This document shows positions 25,599 to 35,014 of a stretch of 50,654 nucleotides of DNA, one piece after another (position 1 is the stretch's first letter; every line of letters starts with the position of its first letter). The notes under the pieces are model-generated. The model was given only the letters and a program-made list of their open reading frames with translations. It made no database searches and was not told the DNA's origin. The position numbers were made by a program, and so were the translations under genes. Source of the stretch: Planctomycetota bacterium. GTDB taxonomy: Bacteria > Planctomycetota > GCA-002687715 > DRQF01. Location of the stretch: assembly GCA_027001995.1 (NCBI GenBank), contig JALTLO010000109.1, positions 1 to 50,654 on the forward strand. The letters are read 5' to 3'.

Positions 25599-28028
25599 AT
25601 GTCGAACGGCAATACACCGCCGCCCACGGAACCAGGCAATAACGGCAACCAAGATGGGGCGCAGCCTCCTCGTCCTAAGAATTTTGCCGGCGTTTTGTTG
25701 ATTGGATTGGTTCTACTCATCGTCTGGATGGTGGTTCGGAGTAACTTCCAAGAGCCGAAGAACGTTTCCTCGCCGGAACTTTTTGCTTACCTGGCTCAGG
25801 GCAAAGTGAAAGAGATGCGGATTGAACAAACGGCCGTTCAAGTCGATCTCAAGAAAGCTCCAAAAGACAGCAAGAGTAAGACAGTGCGGGTGGTGGTCCC
25901 TACCCAAGTGTCTTCAGAATGGGCAAATCGCCTGACAGAGCTCCAGAGTTTAGGAGTCAAAGCCGCTCGCAACGCCGATCTTGCCGATGAGCAATTGCTC
26001 CGCCTCTATGAGGCTGCCGCCAAGCCGGGGGGGATTGCTGCTCTCGATTTTGCTGTTCATCGCCGTTACATCCTGAGTTTCGATGATGTCGATCATCTCT
26101 TGGTTCGCATGACGGAACCCACGTCCACGGATAAGGTTGACGGAGCCGGTAGCCGGACCGACAGCTCTCGTGGGCAACAGGTCTATCTCTTCACTCCTAA
26201 GACTATCGCGACCAATGATAGTCGAGTTCCAGTTCGCATTAGCTTCAATCGTTTGCTCGAGCTGACCAACACCACGGAAGTAAATGCTCGTTTAGGGATT
26301 GCCTCTCCGAGTGAGGTCACTATTGATCTGGGTGATACCAGTAAAGGTGAGCTCTCATGGGCACCGTCTGCGGGTCTTTGGGAAAACGTCCTGATCGGAT
26401 TGGTGCCTTGGATCTTGATTATTGCCTTCTTGTGGTTCTTTGTTTTCCGCCAGATGCGAGGCAACGGCATGGGAGGGAACGTCCTTTCTTTCGGCAAGAG
26501 TCGAGCCAAGATGAATGCTCATGAGAAGAGCACAGTCACTTTTGATGATGTAGCTGGGGTGGAAGAAGCGAAGTCGGAAGTCTCCGAGATCGTTGAGTTT
26601 CTCAAGCACCCGGGCAAGTTTGCTCGTCTTGGAGGCCGTACGCCTCGAGGACTCTTGCTCGTCGGCCCCCCTGGAACTGGTAAGACACTCTTGGCGAAAG
26701 CCATTGCTGGCGAGGCTGAAGTTCCCTTCTTCAGTATCTCTGGCTCTGACTTTGTTGAGATGTTTGTTGGTGTGGGTGCATCTCGGGTCCGTGACCTCTT
26801 CAAGCAAGCACGGGAGAACTCTCCTTGTATTATCTTCTTGGACGAAATCGATGCGGTGGGGCGTCGTCGTGGCGCTGGTCTTGGTGGAGGCCATGATGAA
26901 AGAGAGCAGACTCTCAACGCTATTTTGGTGGAGATGGATGGTTTTGAAACGGACACGGGCATCATCGTCATCGCAGCCACTAACCGGGTGGACGTCCTCG
27001 ATCCGGCTCTTCTCCGTCCAGGACGTTTCGACCGGGAGGTCACGGTTGAGCTACCAGATGTTGTTGGGCGTGAAGCGATTCTTCGTGTTCATGGCCGTAA
27101 AGTGAAGCTGCATCCGAATATTGATCTGGCGAAGATTGCTCGGGGAACACCGGGCTTCAGTGGGGCTGAGCTTGAGGCCATCGTCAATGAAGCAGCCATT
27201 GTGGCGACTTTGGCCCAGAAGGACTATGTCTGCGAAGAAGACTTAGAAGAAGCTCGGGACCGTGTTCGCTGGGGTAGAGCCAAGACAAGCCGCATCATGG
27301 ATGAGCATGAACAGAAGATCACGGCTTACCATGAAGCTGGGCACACCTTGATTTCTTTGTTGACTCCTGGCTCTGACCCCATCCATAAGGTCACCATTGT
27401 ACCCCGTGGGCAAGCTCTGGGTGCCACGATGTACTTGCCAGAGAAGGATTCTTACAGCATCACTGTTGTTAAGGCCACGACTCATTTGAAGATCTGTTTT
27501 GGCGGGCGTGTAGCAGAAGAGCTTTTCTTTGATGATTACACATCCGGAGCGTCGAATGACATCAAACAAGCGACGGCTATTGCTCGCAGTATGGTCCGAG
27601 AATGGGGCATGAGTGAAACTATCGGCCCCATCAGCTACCAAGAGAATCAGGAGCAAGTGTTTATTGGTCGCGATCTTGGCCGACAAACTTCTGTTTCTGA
27701 GTCTATGACTGAAGCCATAGACGAAGAGGTTAAGCGCATTGTTACGGAAGCCTATTCTGAGACCATGAAGGTCTTGAGCGAGCACAAGGATGAGCTGGCT
27801 AAGTTGGCCGAAGCACTTCTGGAATATGAAGTCTTGACCGGAGAAGAAATCGCTGGACTCATGGCTGGGGAATCGGTGGAGTCTGTGCGCGAGCGCATCG
27901 CTGCGGAGCGGGCATCCATGGAAGAGCATGCTGAAGAGACTCCCCTCAGTCAGCCAACAGTGCAAACTCCCACAGAACCTGAACCTGAACCGAAACTGCC
28001 TCCCGGTTTGGCAGGCGAAGGAGCTTAA
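25599..28028 (+). CDS. ftsH: ATP-dependent zinc metalloprotease FtsH
   Basis: Two TMs; FGKSRA, TFDDVAG, Walker [32 protein letters not shown]. Confidence 0.98.
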   Translation: MSNGNTPPPTEPGNNGNQDGAQPPRPKNFAGVLLIGLVLLIVWMVVRSNFQEPKNVSSPELFAYLAQGKVKEMRIEQTAVQVDLKKAPKDSKSKTVRVVVPTQVSSEWANRLTELQSLGVKAARNADLADEQLLRLYEAAAKPGGIAALDFAVHRRYILSFDDVDHLLVRMTEPTSTDKVDGAGSRTDSSRGQQVYLFTPKTIATNDSRVPVRISFNRLLELTNTTEVNARLGIASPSEVTIDLGDTSKGELSWAPSAGLWENVLIGLVPWILIIAFLWFFVFRQMRGNGMGGNVLSFGKSRAKMNAHEKSTVTFDDVAGVEEAKSEVSEIVEFLKHPGKFARLGGRTPRGLLLVGPPGTGKTLLAKAIAGEAEVPFFSISGSDFVEMFVGVGASRVRDLFKQARENSPCIIFLDEIDAVGRRRGAGLGGGHDEREQTLNAILVEMDGFETDTGIIVIAATNRVDVLDPALLRPGRFDREVTVELPDVVGREAILRVHGRKVKLHPNIDLAKIARGTPGFSGAELEAIVNEAAIVATLAQKDYVCEEDLEEARDRVRWGRAKTSRIMDEHEQKITAYHEAGHTLISLLTPGSDPIHKVTIVPRGQALGATMYLPEKDSYSITVVKATTHLKICFGGRVAEELFFDDYTSGASNDIKQATAIARSMVREWGMSETIGPISYQENQEQVFIGRDLGRQTSVSESMTEAIDEEVKRIVTEAYSETMKVLSEHKDELAKLAEALLEYEVLTGEEIAGLMAGESVESVRERIAAERASMEEHAEETPLSQPTVQTPTEPEPEPKLPPGLAGEGA

Positions 28029-28048
28029 GCGTCCTGTGGAGTCGGCCT

Positions 28049-28891
28049 ATGTCATCCGAATTCCGGTTTGAGACGCGGCGAGGCCCATTCTCATTAGGGC
28101 CTGGCACCGGAGTCGCCGGGATTCTCAACGTTACACCGGACTCATTCTCCGATGGCGGAAAATTTCAAGCCGTTGATGACGCGGTGGCTGCAGGGCTGCA
28201 AATGGTGGAGGACGGGGCAGCTATCCTGGATATCGGGGCCTGCTCCACCCGACCAGGGGCCCAAGATGTGGGTGTGGCAACGGAATTGGAGAGGTTGCTC
28301 CCTGTCGTTCAGGCTTTGGCGGCATCCATTCGAATCCCCATTTCTATTGATACTTACCATGCAGAGGTCTTTCGCGCTTGTTTTGACGTGGGCGCCGATA
28401 TCTTGAATGATGTTTCTGCATTGCAATACGACCCCAACATGGCAGCTCTTATTGGGGAAACCGGTGCTCCCTGCATCCTCATGCACATGCAAGGAAGCCC
28501 ACGAACGATGCAAGATGCGCCTCAATATGAGGATGTGATTGTGGATATTAAGCGCTTCTTCAGCAAAGTGATGACACGTGCCGAAAGATTCGGTGTATCA
28601 TGGTCACAGACCATCTTGGACCCTGGCATTGGCTTTGGAAAAACTCTGGAGCAAAACCTTAGCATTTTGCGCCGCATTGAGGAGTTCTTCGAGCTCGATC
28701 GGCCCCTGTTGGTTGGCACATCCCGTAAGAGTTTCTTGGGGGAGATTCTTGGAGAATCAGATCCCCGTCGTCGTGATCATGGGACTGCGGCGACCACGGC
28801 ATTCTTGCACGGAAAGAAAGTCCCAATGGTGCGAGTTCATGATGTCCGCGCCCATGTTGATGCTTTGCTTGTCTTAGATCAACTCAGATAA
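28049..28891 (+). CDS. folP: Dihydropteroate synthase
   Basis: GILNVTPDSFSDGG, STRPG, SIDT, DPGIGFGK, SRKSF, RVHDV. Confidence 0.97.
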   Translation: MSSEFRFETRRGPFSLGPGTGVAGILNVTPDSFSDGGKFQAVDDAVAAGLQMVEDGAAILDIGACSTRPGAQDVGVATELERLLPVVQALAASIRIPISIDTYHAEVFRACFDVGADILNDVSALQYDPNMAALIGETGAPCILMHMQGSPRTMQDAPQYEDVIVDIKRFFSKVMTRAERFGVSWSQTILDPGIGFGKTLEQNLSILRRIEEFFELDRPLLVGTSRKSFLGEILGESDPRRRDHGTAATTAFLHGKKVPMVRVHDVRAHVDALLVLDQLR

Positions 28892-28907
28892 GAGATGAGA
28901 AACCTCG

Positions 28908-29819
28908 TTGAATCACACGCTTGAGACAATTGCAGAAGTCGCCATTTTGGCGGTGATATACTATGGCTTCATTCGCCATTTGAACGCCACCCGGGGCGGC
29001 GGCCTCCTTGCAGGTTTCATCGTGCTCCTCTTGATCGCTGTGGCCGTTTTCTTTGTGCTCTTGGATCAATTCGAAATGCCCCGATTGAGGTGGCTCGCCA
29101 GCGCGGCATTGCCTGTGTTAGGGGTCGCTCTCCTCGTCATTTTTCAACCTGAGTTGCGATTGGCAATCTCACGGCTTGGAAATATCCCGGCGTTCCGCAT
29201 GATCGAGCGGTTCTTTGGGTCGAAGCCTCCAATCCAAAGAGAAAAAGCGATCAAAGCTATCGGGCAGGCTTGCCAGTCCATGTCGAAGAAGTTCACGGGT
29301 GCTTTGATCGTTGTGGAGCGACGAGAAGGCATTGACGGTTTTCGCGCCGGAGGTGTCAGGCTCAATGCTGATATCACTGCCCAATTACTGGAGAACATCT
29401 TCTATAGCGGAGCTCCTCTCCATGACGGTGCCGTTTTGATCATGAGTGGTCGGATCATGTATGCCGCCTGTCATTTGCCGCCACCGTCGGGGGTTAATGT
29501 GGGTATGAGTCACAATTTGGGCACACGGCACAGAGCCGCCGTTGGACTTTCGGAGCAGTCCGATGCCATGGTTGTTGTGGTTTCAGAAGAGTCCGGGCGA
29601 ATCTCCATTGCTCACCGCGGGAAGCTCCGTTTAGGAGTCACTGTGGAAGAGCTTGAGGCTTCCATCGCCAAGGGTATCAACGTGCAGTTTGAGGCTAGGG
29701 AAAGCAAACAGCGGTTGCCACAGACCGCTCAGGCCATCAACACTGTCGAAGAAGAGATTGATGACGTTGAAATCGTCGATGTTGATGAAGCCAGTGGTGC
29801 CACGGAGTTGAGTCAATGA
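28908..29819 (+). CDS. cdaA: Diadenylate cyclase CdaA/DacA
   Basis: Three N-terminal TMs, IFQPELR, GALIV, catalytic HDGA and GTRHRAA, VSEESG. Confidence 0.93.
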   Translation: MNHTLETIAEVAILAVIYYGFIRHLNATRGGGLLAGFIVLLLIAVAVFFVLLDQFEMPRLRWLASAALPVLGVALLVIFQPELRLAISRLGNIPAFRMIERFFGSKPPIQREKAIKAIGQACQSMSKKFTGALIVVERREGIDGFRAGGVRLNADITAQLLENIFYSGAPLHDGAVLIMSGRIMYAACHLPPPSGVNVGMSHNLGTRHRAAVGLSEQSDAMVVVVSEESGRISIAHRGKLRLGVTVEELEASIAKGINVQFEARESKQRLPQTAQAINTVEEEIDDVEIVDVDEASGATELSQ

Positions 29820-30937
29820 GTTCAGCTTCGGGGTTCATTCGCACACTCTTGGCTCGACATCATGTTTGGGCGAAAGTTATGGCCATCTTCTGCGCCGTCG
29901 TCACGGTGTTTTTGATCGACCAAGATATTTCCAGCGTGACGGAGTGGGAATTCAAGCGTATCCGCGTCTACTCGGCGTCAGGTGATGATGGCGCCGCAGA
30001 CAACGCTATTCGCATTGTCGTGGACGCAGATCCGCGAGTCTGGATTGGTGGTCTTCCGAAGGATCTGAAAGTCAGAATCTCAGGGCCAAAGAATCGCCGA
30101 GAAGAGTTTCTGCGCAATCCTGTCATTCGCATTCATGTGAGACAAGAGCAAGTTCCTAACGGGGACCGGGCGGGCGAGCCTCACCCGATCAAGCTCGACG
30201 CTCAAGCATTCAAGACAGATATCGAAGGCATGTCCTTTGTGCTACTGCGAGAATTCAAAGTAGATGTGGACGAGATCATCACGGTCCCAGATGTCCCTCT
30301 GAAACTGGCGACCCTCGAAGGTATCCCCAAGAATCGTATCGTTGATGACGAGAAAACCTACATCCAACCGGCCACCGCCACAGTTACCGGCCCAAGGCAC
30401 CTCTTTTACCAACTTGGTAAGGACAAACCTGAGTTGACGGTAAAACCCACAAAAACCGGGAGCTTAAGAAGTGGTCGGTCTTATGACGTGGTCCTCGCTG
30501 ATGGTGGCGGAGCCATTAAGTTTGCCGATGGCAATGTGACTTATCAGGTCCACTTAGAACTGAAATCGCCACCACCGGTGTCGATTCAACTGGGGTCGAT
30601 GAAGATTTATTGGTCGTTTACCGAAGACGTCCGGAATCAGCTGGCCCGCAATGAAGTCACCCTTAAGCGTACGCTCGATTTCGATGCGGTGAAAGTCACC
30701 GTGTCTGGACCACCCAATGCTCTTGAGCCCTTTCGGTCCAATGAGGGAAGAGATGCATTGAGGTCAAAGATTCGCATTATCGTGGATGCCAACGAAGCTA
30801 TCGGCGGAACCTTGAACGAGAAAGTGGAAGAGAGAATCCCTCTCGCGGTTCTGGGGTTGCCCGCTGGCCTTGAGGCTGAACTTTCTACCGAGTCGATCTT
30901 GTTGACGATTCGCCGAACAAATTCTGAAAATAAATAA
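29816..30937 (+). CDS. cdaR: CdaR/YbbR-like membrane-anchored regulator
   Basis: WAKVMAIFCAV TM; repeated V.ISGP/TVTGP/TVSGP YbbR-like motifs; ATGA overlap with cdaA; lies between cdaA and glmM. Confidence 0.7.
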   Translation: MSSASGFIRTLLARHHVWAKVMAIFCAVVTVFLIDQDISSVTEWEFKRIRVYSASGDDGAADNAIRIVVDADPRVWIGGLPKDLKVRISGPKNRREEFLRNPVIRIHVRQEQVPNGDRAGEPHPIKLDAQAFKTDIEGMSFVLLREFKVDVDEIITVPDVPLKLATLEGIPKNRIVDDEKTYIQPATATVTGPRHLFYQLGKDKPELTVKPTKTGSLRSGRSYDVVLADGGGAIKFADGNVTYQVHLELKSPPPVSIQLGSMKIYWSFTEDVRNQLARNEVTLKRTLDFDAVKVTVSGPPNALEPFRSNEGRDALRSKIRIIVDANEAIGGTLNEKVEERIPLAVLGLPAGLEAELSTESILLTIRRTNSENK

Positions 30938-30955
30938 TCACTTGGAAGACGAGAC

Positions 30956-32317
30956 GTGCACGCAAGACGCTATTTTGGAACCGACGGCATTCGTGATCTG
31001 GCGAACAGTGGCAATCTGTCTCCCGACATGGTTCTTCGTATTGGTCATGCCATCGGCAAAGTGACATTCGAAGACTTTCGGGGAGAAGGTCGACCATCAA
31101 TTTTGATCGTTCGCGACACCCGGGTCTCTGGGCCGATGATTCAGGGCATCTTGGGCGGAGCGATCATGGCTCATGGCGTTGATGTCTATGATGGTGGGGT
31201 TTTGCCTACGCCTGCGGCAGCTCTTTTGGTGCGTCAAAAGAAATTTGACTTAGGCATAGTTGTTTCCGCATCCCACAACGCCATGCCAGACAATGGCATT
31301 AAGATCTTTGGCGCTGACGGCCGGAAACTCTCGGATGACACGGAAATCCGCATTGAGAAGTTTATTGACCTTGCCGGTAGTCGAGATGTCGATTTTACCG
31401 GTGCAGATATTGGTCGCCATATGCCCTTCCCAGAAGGTTTGGAGTTCTATCGGCAAGCCATGGTGGAAGATCTGTTTGCAGACTTAGATTTGTCAGGCAA
31501 GAAGATCGTCCTGGACTGCTCTTATGGATCTGGCAGCGTGGTTTCTAAGAGCATCTTGGAGGGTTTGGGCGCTGAAGTGATCGTCGTTCACGATCAGCCA
31601 ACAGGCCTTAATATCAATGACGAAGCCGGAGTCTTTTTCGTCGGTCGTTTGGGCGAGATTGTTAAGAGAGAGCGGGCCATTTTTGGCATGGCATTAGATG
31701 GGGATGCGGACCGAGTTCTTATGGTGGACGAACTCGGAGAAGTTCAAGACGGCGATCGTATCTTAGCGATCTTGGCTCAACGTTTAGAGCCGGGTAACCG
31801 TCAGCTCGTGGCCACGGTCATGAGCAACATGGGACTGAAGGTCTTGCTGAAGTCTCTCGATGTCACCATGCACGAGACCCCGGTGGGCGACCGTTATGTA
31901 GCAGAAAGAATGGAAACCTCCGGTGCTAAAGTAGGGGGCGAACAAAGCGGCCACATCATCTTCCATGAGGATAGTCGTTGGTTTGGCGATGGAGTCTACA
32001 CGGCTTTGCAAGTCGCTCGGGTGAGTGAGCAGGAGAAAAAAACTCTGTCTCAATTGGCCGGGGCTATGGAGCAGTTTCCCCAAATTTTGGAAAATGTGAA
32101 GGTGGTTGAAAAACCGCCGATTACAGAGTTACCAACAGTGCAAGACGCCATTCGCCAAGCCCAAATAAAGCTTGGGGACGAAGGGCGGATTCTTGTACGC
32201 TACTCCGGAACTGAGATGTTAGCTCGGGTGATGGTGGAAGGCCGTGATCAACAAAGTATCACTGCCATTGCCAATGATATTGCGGGGGTTCTCGCTGACG
32301 AGATCGGGGCTAAATAA
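30956..32317 (+). CDS. glmM: Phosphoglucosamine mutase
   Basis: YFGTDGIR, SASHN, DGDADR, VGDRYV, GGEQSGH, RYSGTE. Confidence 0.96.
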   Translation: MHARRYFGTDGIRDLANSGNLSPDMVLRIGHAIGKVTFEDFRGEGRPSILIVRDTRVSGPMIQGILGGAIMAHGVDVYDGGVLPTPAAALLVRQKKFDLGIVVSASHNAMPDNGIKIFGADGRKLSDDTEIRIEKFIDLAGSRDVDFTGADIGRHMPFPEGLEFYRQAMVEDLFADLDLSGKKIVLDCSYGSGSVVSKSILEGLGAEVIVVHDQPTGLNINDEAGVFFVGRLGEIVKRERAIFGMALDGDADRVLMVDELGEVQDGDRILAILAQRLEPGNRQLVATVMSNMGLKVLLKSLDVTMHETPVGDRYVAERMETSGAKVGGEQSGHIIFHEDSRWFGDGVYTALQVARVSEQEKKTLSQLAGAMEQFPQILENVKVVEKPPITELPTVQDAIRQAQIKLGDEGRILVRYSGTEMLARVMVEGRDQQSITAIANDIAGVLADEIGAK

Positions 32318-32327
32318 TAGCTAGGGA

Positions 32328-32534
32328 CTAATCGCTGTTTCTGCCCAACCTGAGCAGTTTACGAAACAGTCACCATCCACCGATAGCGGCGTGAAAGAAC
32401 ACGATGCCAACGAGGATAAGGGGAAGGCGCAACCAGCCAGAATTGAAATCGCCCAAAACAGCCAAGGCGAAGCAAGTGACCCCAAGGATGGTGACGCCGA
32501 TTCGCTCCCAGCTTTTCAAATTCGGATCTAACAT
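32328..32534 (-). CDS. YgaP/DUF2892-like small membrane protein, probable selenoprotein (Sec55); absent from the ORF track
   Basis: GGAGAAGG RBS; MLDPNLKSWERIGVTILGVTCFALAVLGDFNSGWLRLPLILVGIVFFHAAIGGW-U-LFRKLLRLGRNSD*. TGA at 32370-32372 falls at the family GWC position and is followed by a SECIS-like stem-loop. Confidence 0.75.
32335..32369 (-). promoter_or_regulatory. Putative bacterial SECIS element
   Basis: Directly after the UGA: CUGUUU-cguaaa-CUGCUCA-GGU-UGGGCAG-AAACAG. The G-initiated apical loop starts 19 nt from the UGA. Confidence 0.7.
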
Positions 32535-32553
32535 GGTCGACCTTCTCCGTATG

Positions 32554-33363
32554 TCATTCTTCTACTAGCATCTGTATTTCAGTGAGATACTTGCTGGGGT
32601 TACCCTTGAAGATCATGCCTGGCCCTTTGATGTAGACTTCCCGTGATGGCCTTTTGATCGTAAGCCCTTGCGCTTTGACGTGGGTCATGAGTTTGTCATA
32701 GGACAAGTTGATGTTGTCATAGGGGCCCCGGTGTAGCAACGTAAAAGCTCGACCTCCGGGAATTTCTCGTACGGAAACTTCTTTGGCTTTCTTTTCTTTT
32801 CGAATTGGCATGCAGGCTTCGAAATCTGCTCCGTCTTCCTGGTATTCTTCATCATAGAACAAGCCTAATGGGCGTCCTTTGATATTGAAACCCATGGCTG
32901 ATCCCACCTTAGAAAAACCGCTGCCAATGTCTTCATAGCGCCCTTTCATGCGAAAACCAGCGATCAGGACGGACGGGAGAGTCTTTTCTTCTACTTCAAA
33001 GTTTGAGTTTGTCATGACGAGCTTGGCCTCTTCTTCCTTTTCTACAATCATGTCTCATGTCTTAAGGAGTTCCCGGTCGTTTTGCACCCGCTGAGTGAGC
33101 ACATCGTGCCGCCGTCTTAGGAACTCGAGGATGTCTGCGTCATCATCAAGCTCCTTGAGCATTCCCATGATTTCAGCAATCGGGAATTCAAGATGTCGCA
33201 GGCGGGAAACGACCCGAGCTGTGTCCAGATTCCTGCTGTCGTAGTAGCGGTAGCCTGATTCTTGATCGACGACCGAAGGGACCAAGAGGCCCTTCTCGTG
33301 GTAGAAGCGCAACGTCTTGACTGAGAGGCTGGTGAGCCTTGAGAATTCACCAATTGTGTGCAC
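32554..33363 (-). pseudogene. MerR-family regulator with a GyrI-like effector domain (BmrR-like), interrupted by an in-frame TGA at 33055-33057
   Basis: The ORFs 33055-33363 (IGEFSRL..SVKTLRFY..KGLL.P...SGYRYY) and 32554-33051 (HRGPYDNI..SY..L, REVYIKGP, TEIQ) share a frame and join into 269 codons. Confidence 0.65.
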
Positions 33364-33394
33364 TGTGGAGTCTCCAATGAGTTGCTACCAAAGG

Positions 33395-33425
33395 AGTCTA
33401 AGGGATCCACCAAGGGGAGGGTCAA
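33395..33425 (-). promoter_or_regulatory. MerR-type promoter/operator with 19-bp spacer
   Basis: TTGACC-ctccccttggtggatccct-TAGACT; imperfect dyad in the spacer. Confidence 0.75.
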
Positions 33426-33609
33426 GGTCTATTTGTTGGCGTCGTTGAATATTGACCTGAGTCATGATTGACCCTTCTCGCAGCGCTTGGAATCCATGGG
33501 CTCTCTTTTCTCCCGCTTTTTTTCGTGAGATTGTGGTCGTTGCGCTGCTTAGAACATGGGGGACATCCCCCGTGGGCGCTAAACTCAAGTCTGGAGTTCT
33601 TCATCTGGG

Positions 33610-34800
33610 ATGGTCATGAATCAATCTGTTTCACCACAAATGCGCGCCTGGGCTGAGGTCGATTTGGGCAGCGTCGAAAGAAACGCTGGTAGGATTTTGG
33701 CTTTGAATCCGGGATCTTCTTTGATCGGCGTGATCAAGGCCGATGCCTATGGGCATGGTGCTGTGCCGATTGCCAGAACCCTGGAGCGTTTGGGGGCGGT
33801 GATGGTAGGGGTCGGCGATTCCCGAGAAGCCATCCAACTCATACACGGTGGTATTAAGATGCCTATCCTCATCTTGGGGGCCATTGTTGATGGTGAGATG
33901 GACACGGTGATCGCCCACGACATCCGAAGTACCATTCATTCGAAGGACCGGATGCTGGCTTTGGCGGCGGAGGCTAAGCGGCAAGGACGGGTGCACCATG
34001 TCCATTTGAAAGTCGATTCTGGCATGGCGAGGCTCGGCATGCTCCCAGACCGGGCAGTTCAAGTGGCGGAAGCCATCCATCAATCTGATGACTTGGTGTT
34101 GGAAGGTCTCTGCACTCATTTTTCGAATCCCCACTTGGACTATGTCGGCGACACGAATAACCAGCTTCGGGTATTTCGAGCAGTTCATCAGGAGGTTGTG
34201 GCACGTTGTGGGCCAATTCCTCTGGTTCACACCAAGAACACGGCGGCGAGTTGGAATCCGGATGTCCAAGATGACTGTGGCACAGCTATTCGGCCCGGGG
34301 CTGCTCTTTATGGCATCCCTGGGCCGACAGAAAAGCCTTATCCCTTTGAACATGCCATGACGCTGAAGACGCAGGTCATTTTTCTCAAGGACGTGCCTGC
34401 GGGCACTGCTGTGGGCTACTCGGGGCACTTTATCACGAAACGACCGTCTCGCCTGGCGACGATTCCCTTGGGCTACAACGACGGTTTGCCCTTGGGGGCC
34501 CATCAGGGCGGCTACACCATCATCGATGGGAAAGTGGCGCCCATCTGCGGGGAAGTTTCTATGGACTACACCACTTTAGATGTCACCGATATCCCAGGAT
34601 GTCAGGTGGGGGCCATTGCCACCGTGTTTGGACGGGGTGAGGATGGCGAGCTCACCCTCGTGGAATTGGCCAAACTGAGCGGTACCTCCAATTACGCTGT
34701 TACTTGTGGCATCGGCAAGCGTGTCCATCGGGTTTATGTCACGTCGACTTTATCCCGTCATGACGGGTCTAAGATCTCTTCTGCGGTAGCCGAAACTTGA
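33610..34800 (+). CDS. alr: Alanine racemase
   Basis: VIKADAYGHG (PLP Lys), HLKVDSGMARLG, VGY, LGYNDG, VSMD. Confidence 0.96.
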   Translation: MVMNQSVSPQMRAWAEVDLGSVERNAGRILALNPGSSLIGVIKADAYGHGAVPIARTLERLGAVMVGVGDSREAIQLIHGGIKMPILILGAIVDGEMDTVIAHDIRSTIHSKDRMLALAAEAKRQGRVHHVHLKVDSGMARLGMLPDRAVQVAEAIHQSDDLVLEGLCTHFSNPHLDYVGDTNNQLRVFRAVHQEVVARCGPIPLVHTKNTAASWNPDVQDDCGTAIRPGAALYGIPGPTEKPYPFEHAMTLKTQVIFLKDVPAGTAVGYSGHFITKRPSRLATIPLGYNDGLPLGAHQGGYTIIDGKVAPICGEVSMDYTTLDVTDIPGCQVGAIATVFGRGEDGELTLVELAKLSGTSNYAVTCGIGKRVHRVYVTSTLSRHDGSKISSAVAET

Positions 34801-35014
34801 TCTCTTGAGTTTTCTTCCTGATTCAACGTGGGGTAGTCGCCGTAAGTCATTTGTTTACAATGTCTTGTGTCGGTAATCTGAATTATTCTGATCCCATCAA
34901 GAATAGACCTACCGCAGACGTACAACTGGCATCGAGAGCGGACTCACGCTAAAGTCTGATGGTTGGCTCCTTGAAGGAGAATTCAGCCAGCAGCGAGGTG
35001 GCCAGAGGGATTGT

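Noticed and set aside
33010..33054. SECIS after the MerR-GyrI internal UGA
   Set aside because: There is only a 3-bp upper stem, and the position lies in a coiled coil where a hydrophobic residue rather than Cys is expected. Not called as a feature.
32370..33057. Genome-wide UGA reassignment (code 4/25) suggested by two in-frame TGAs
   Set aside because: Many intact genes here end at TGA at their expected C-termini (hutI, alr, manC, ruvX, cdaA), and none of the long conserved genes has an internal TGA.
33631..34503. Long antisense ORFs (e.g. 290 aa opposite alr, 258 aa opposite tkt, 240 aa opposite ftsH)
   Set aside because: They are shadow ORFs of well-conserved genes and carry no recognisable motifs.
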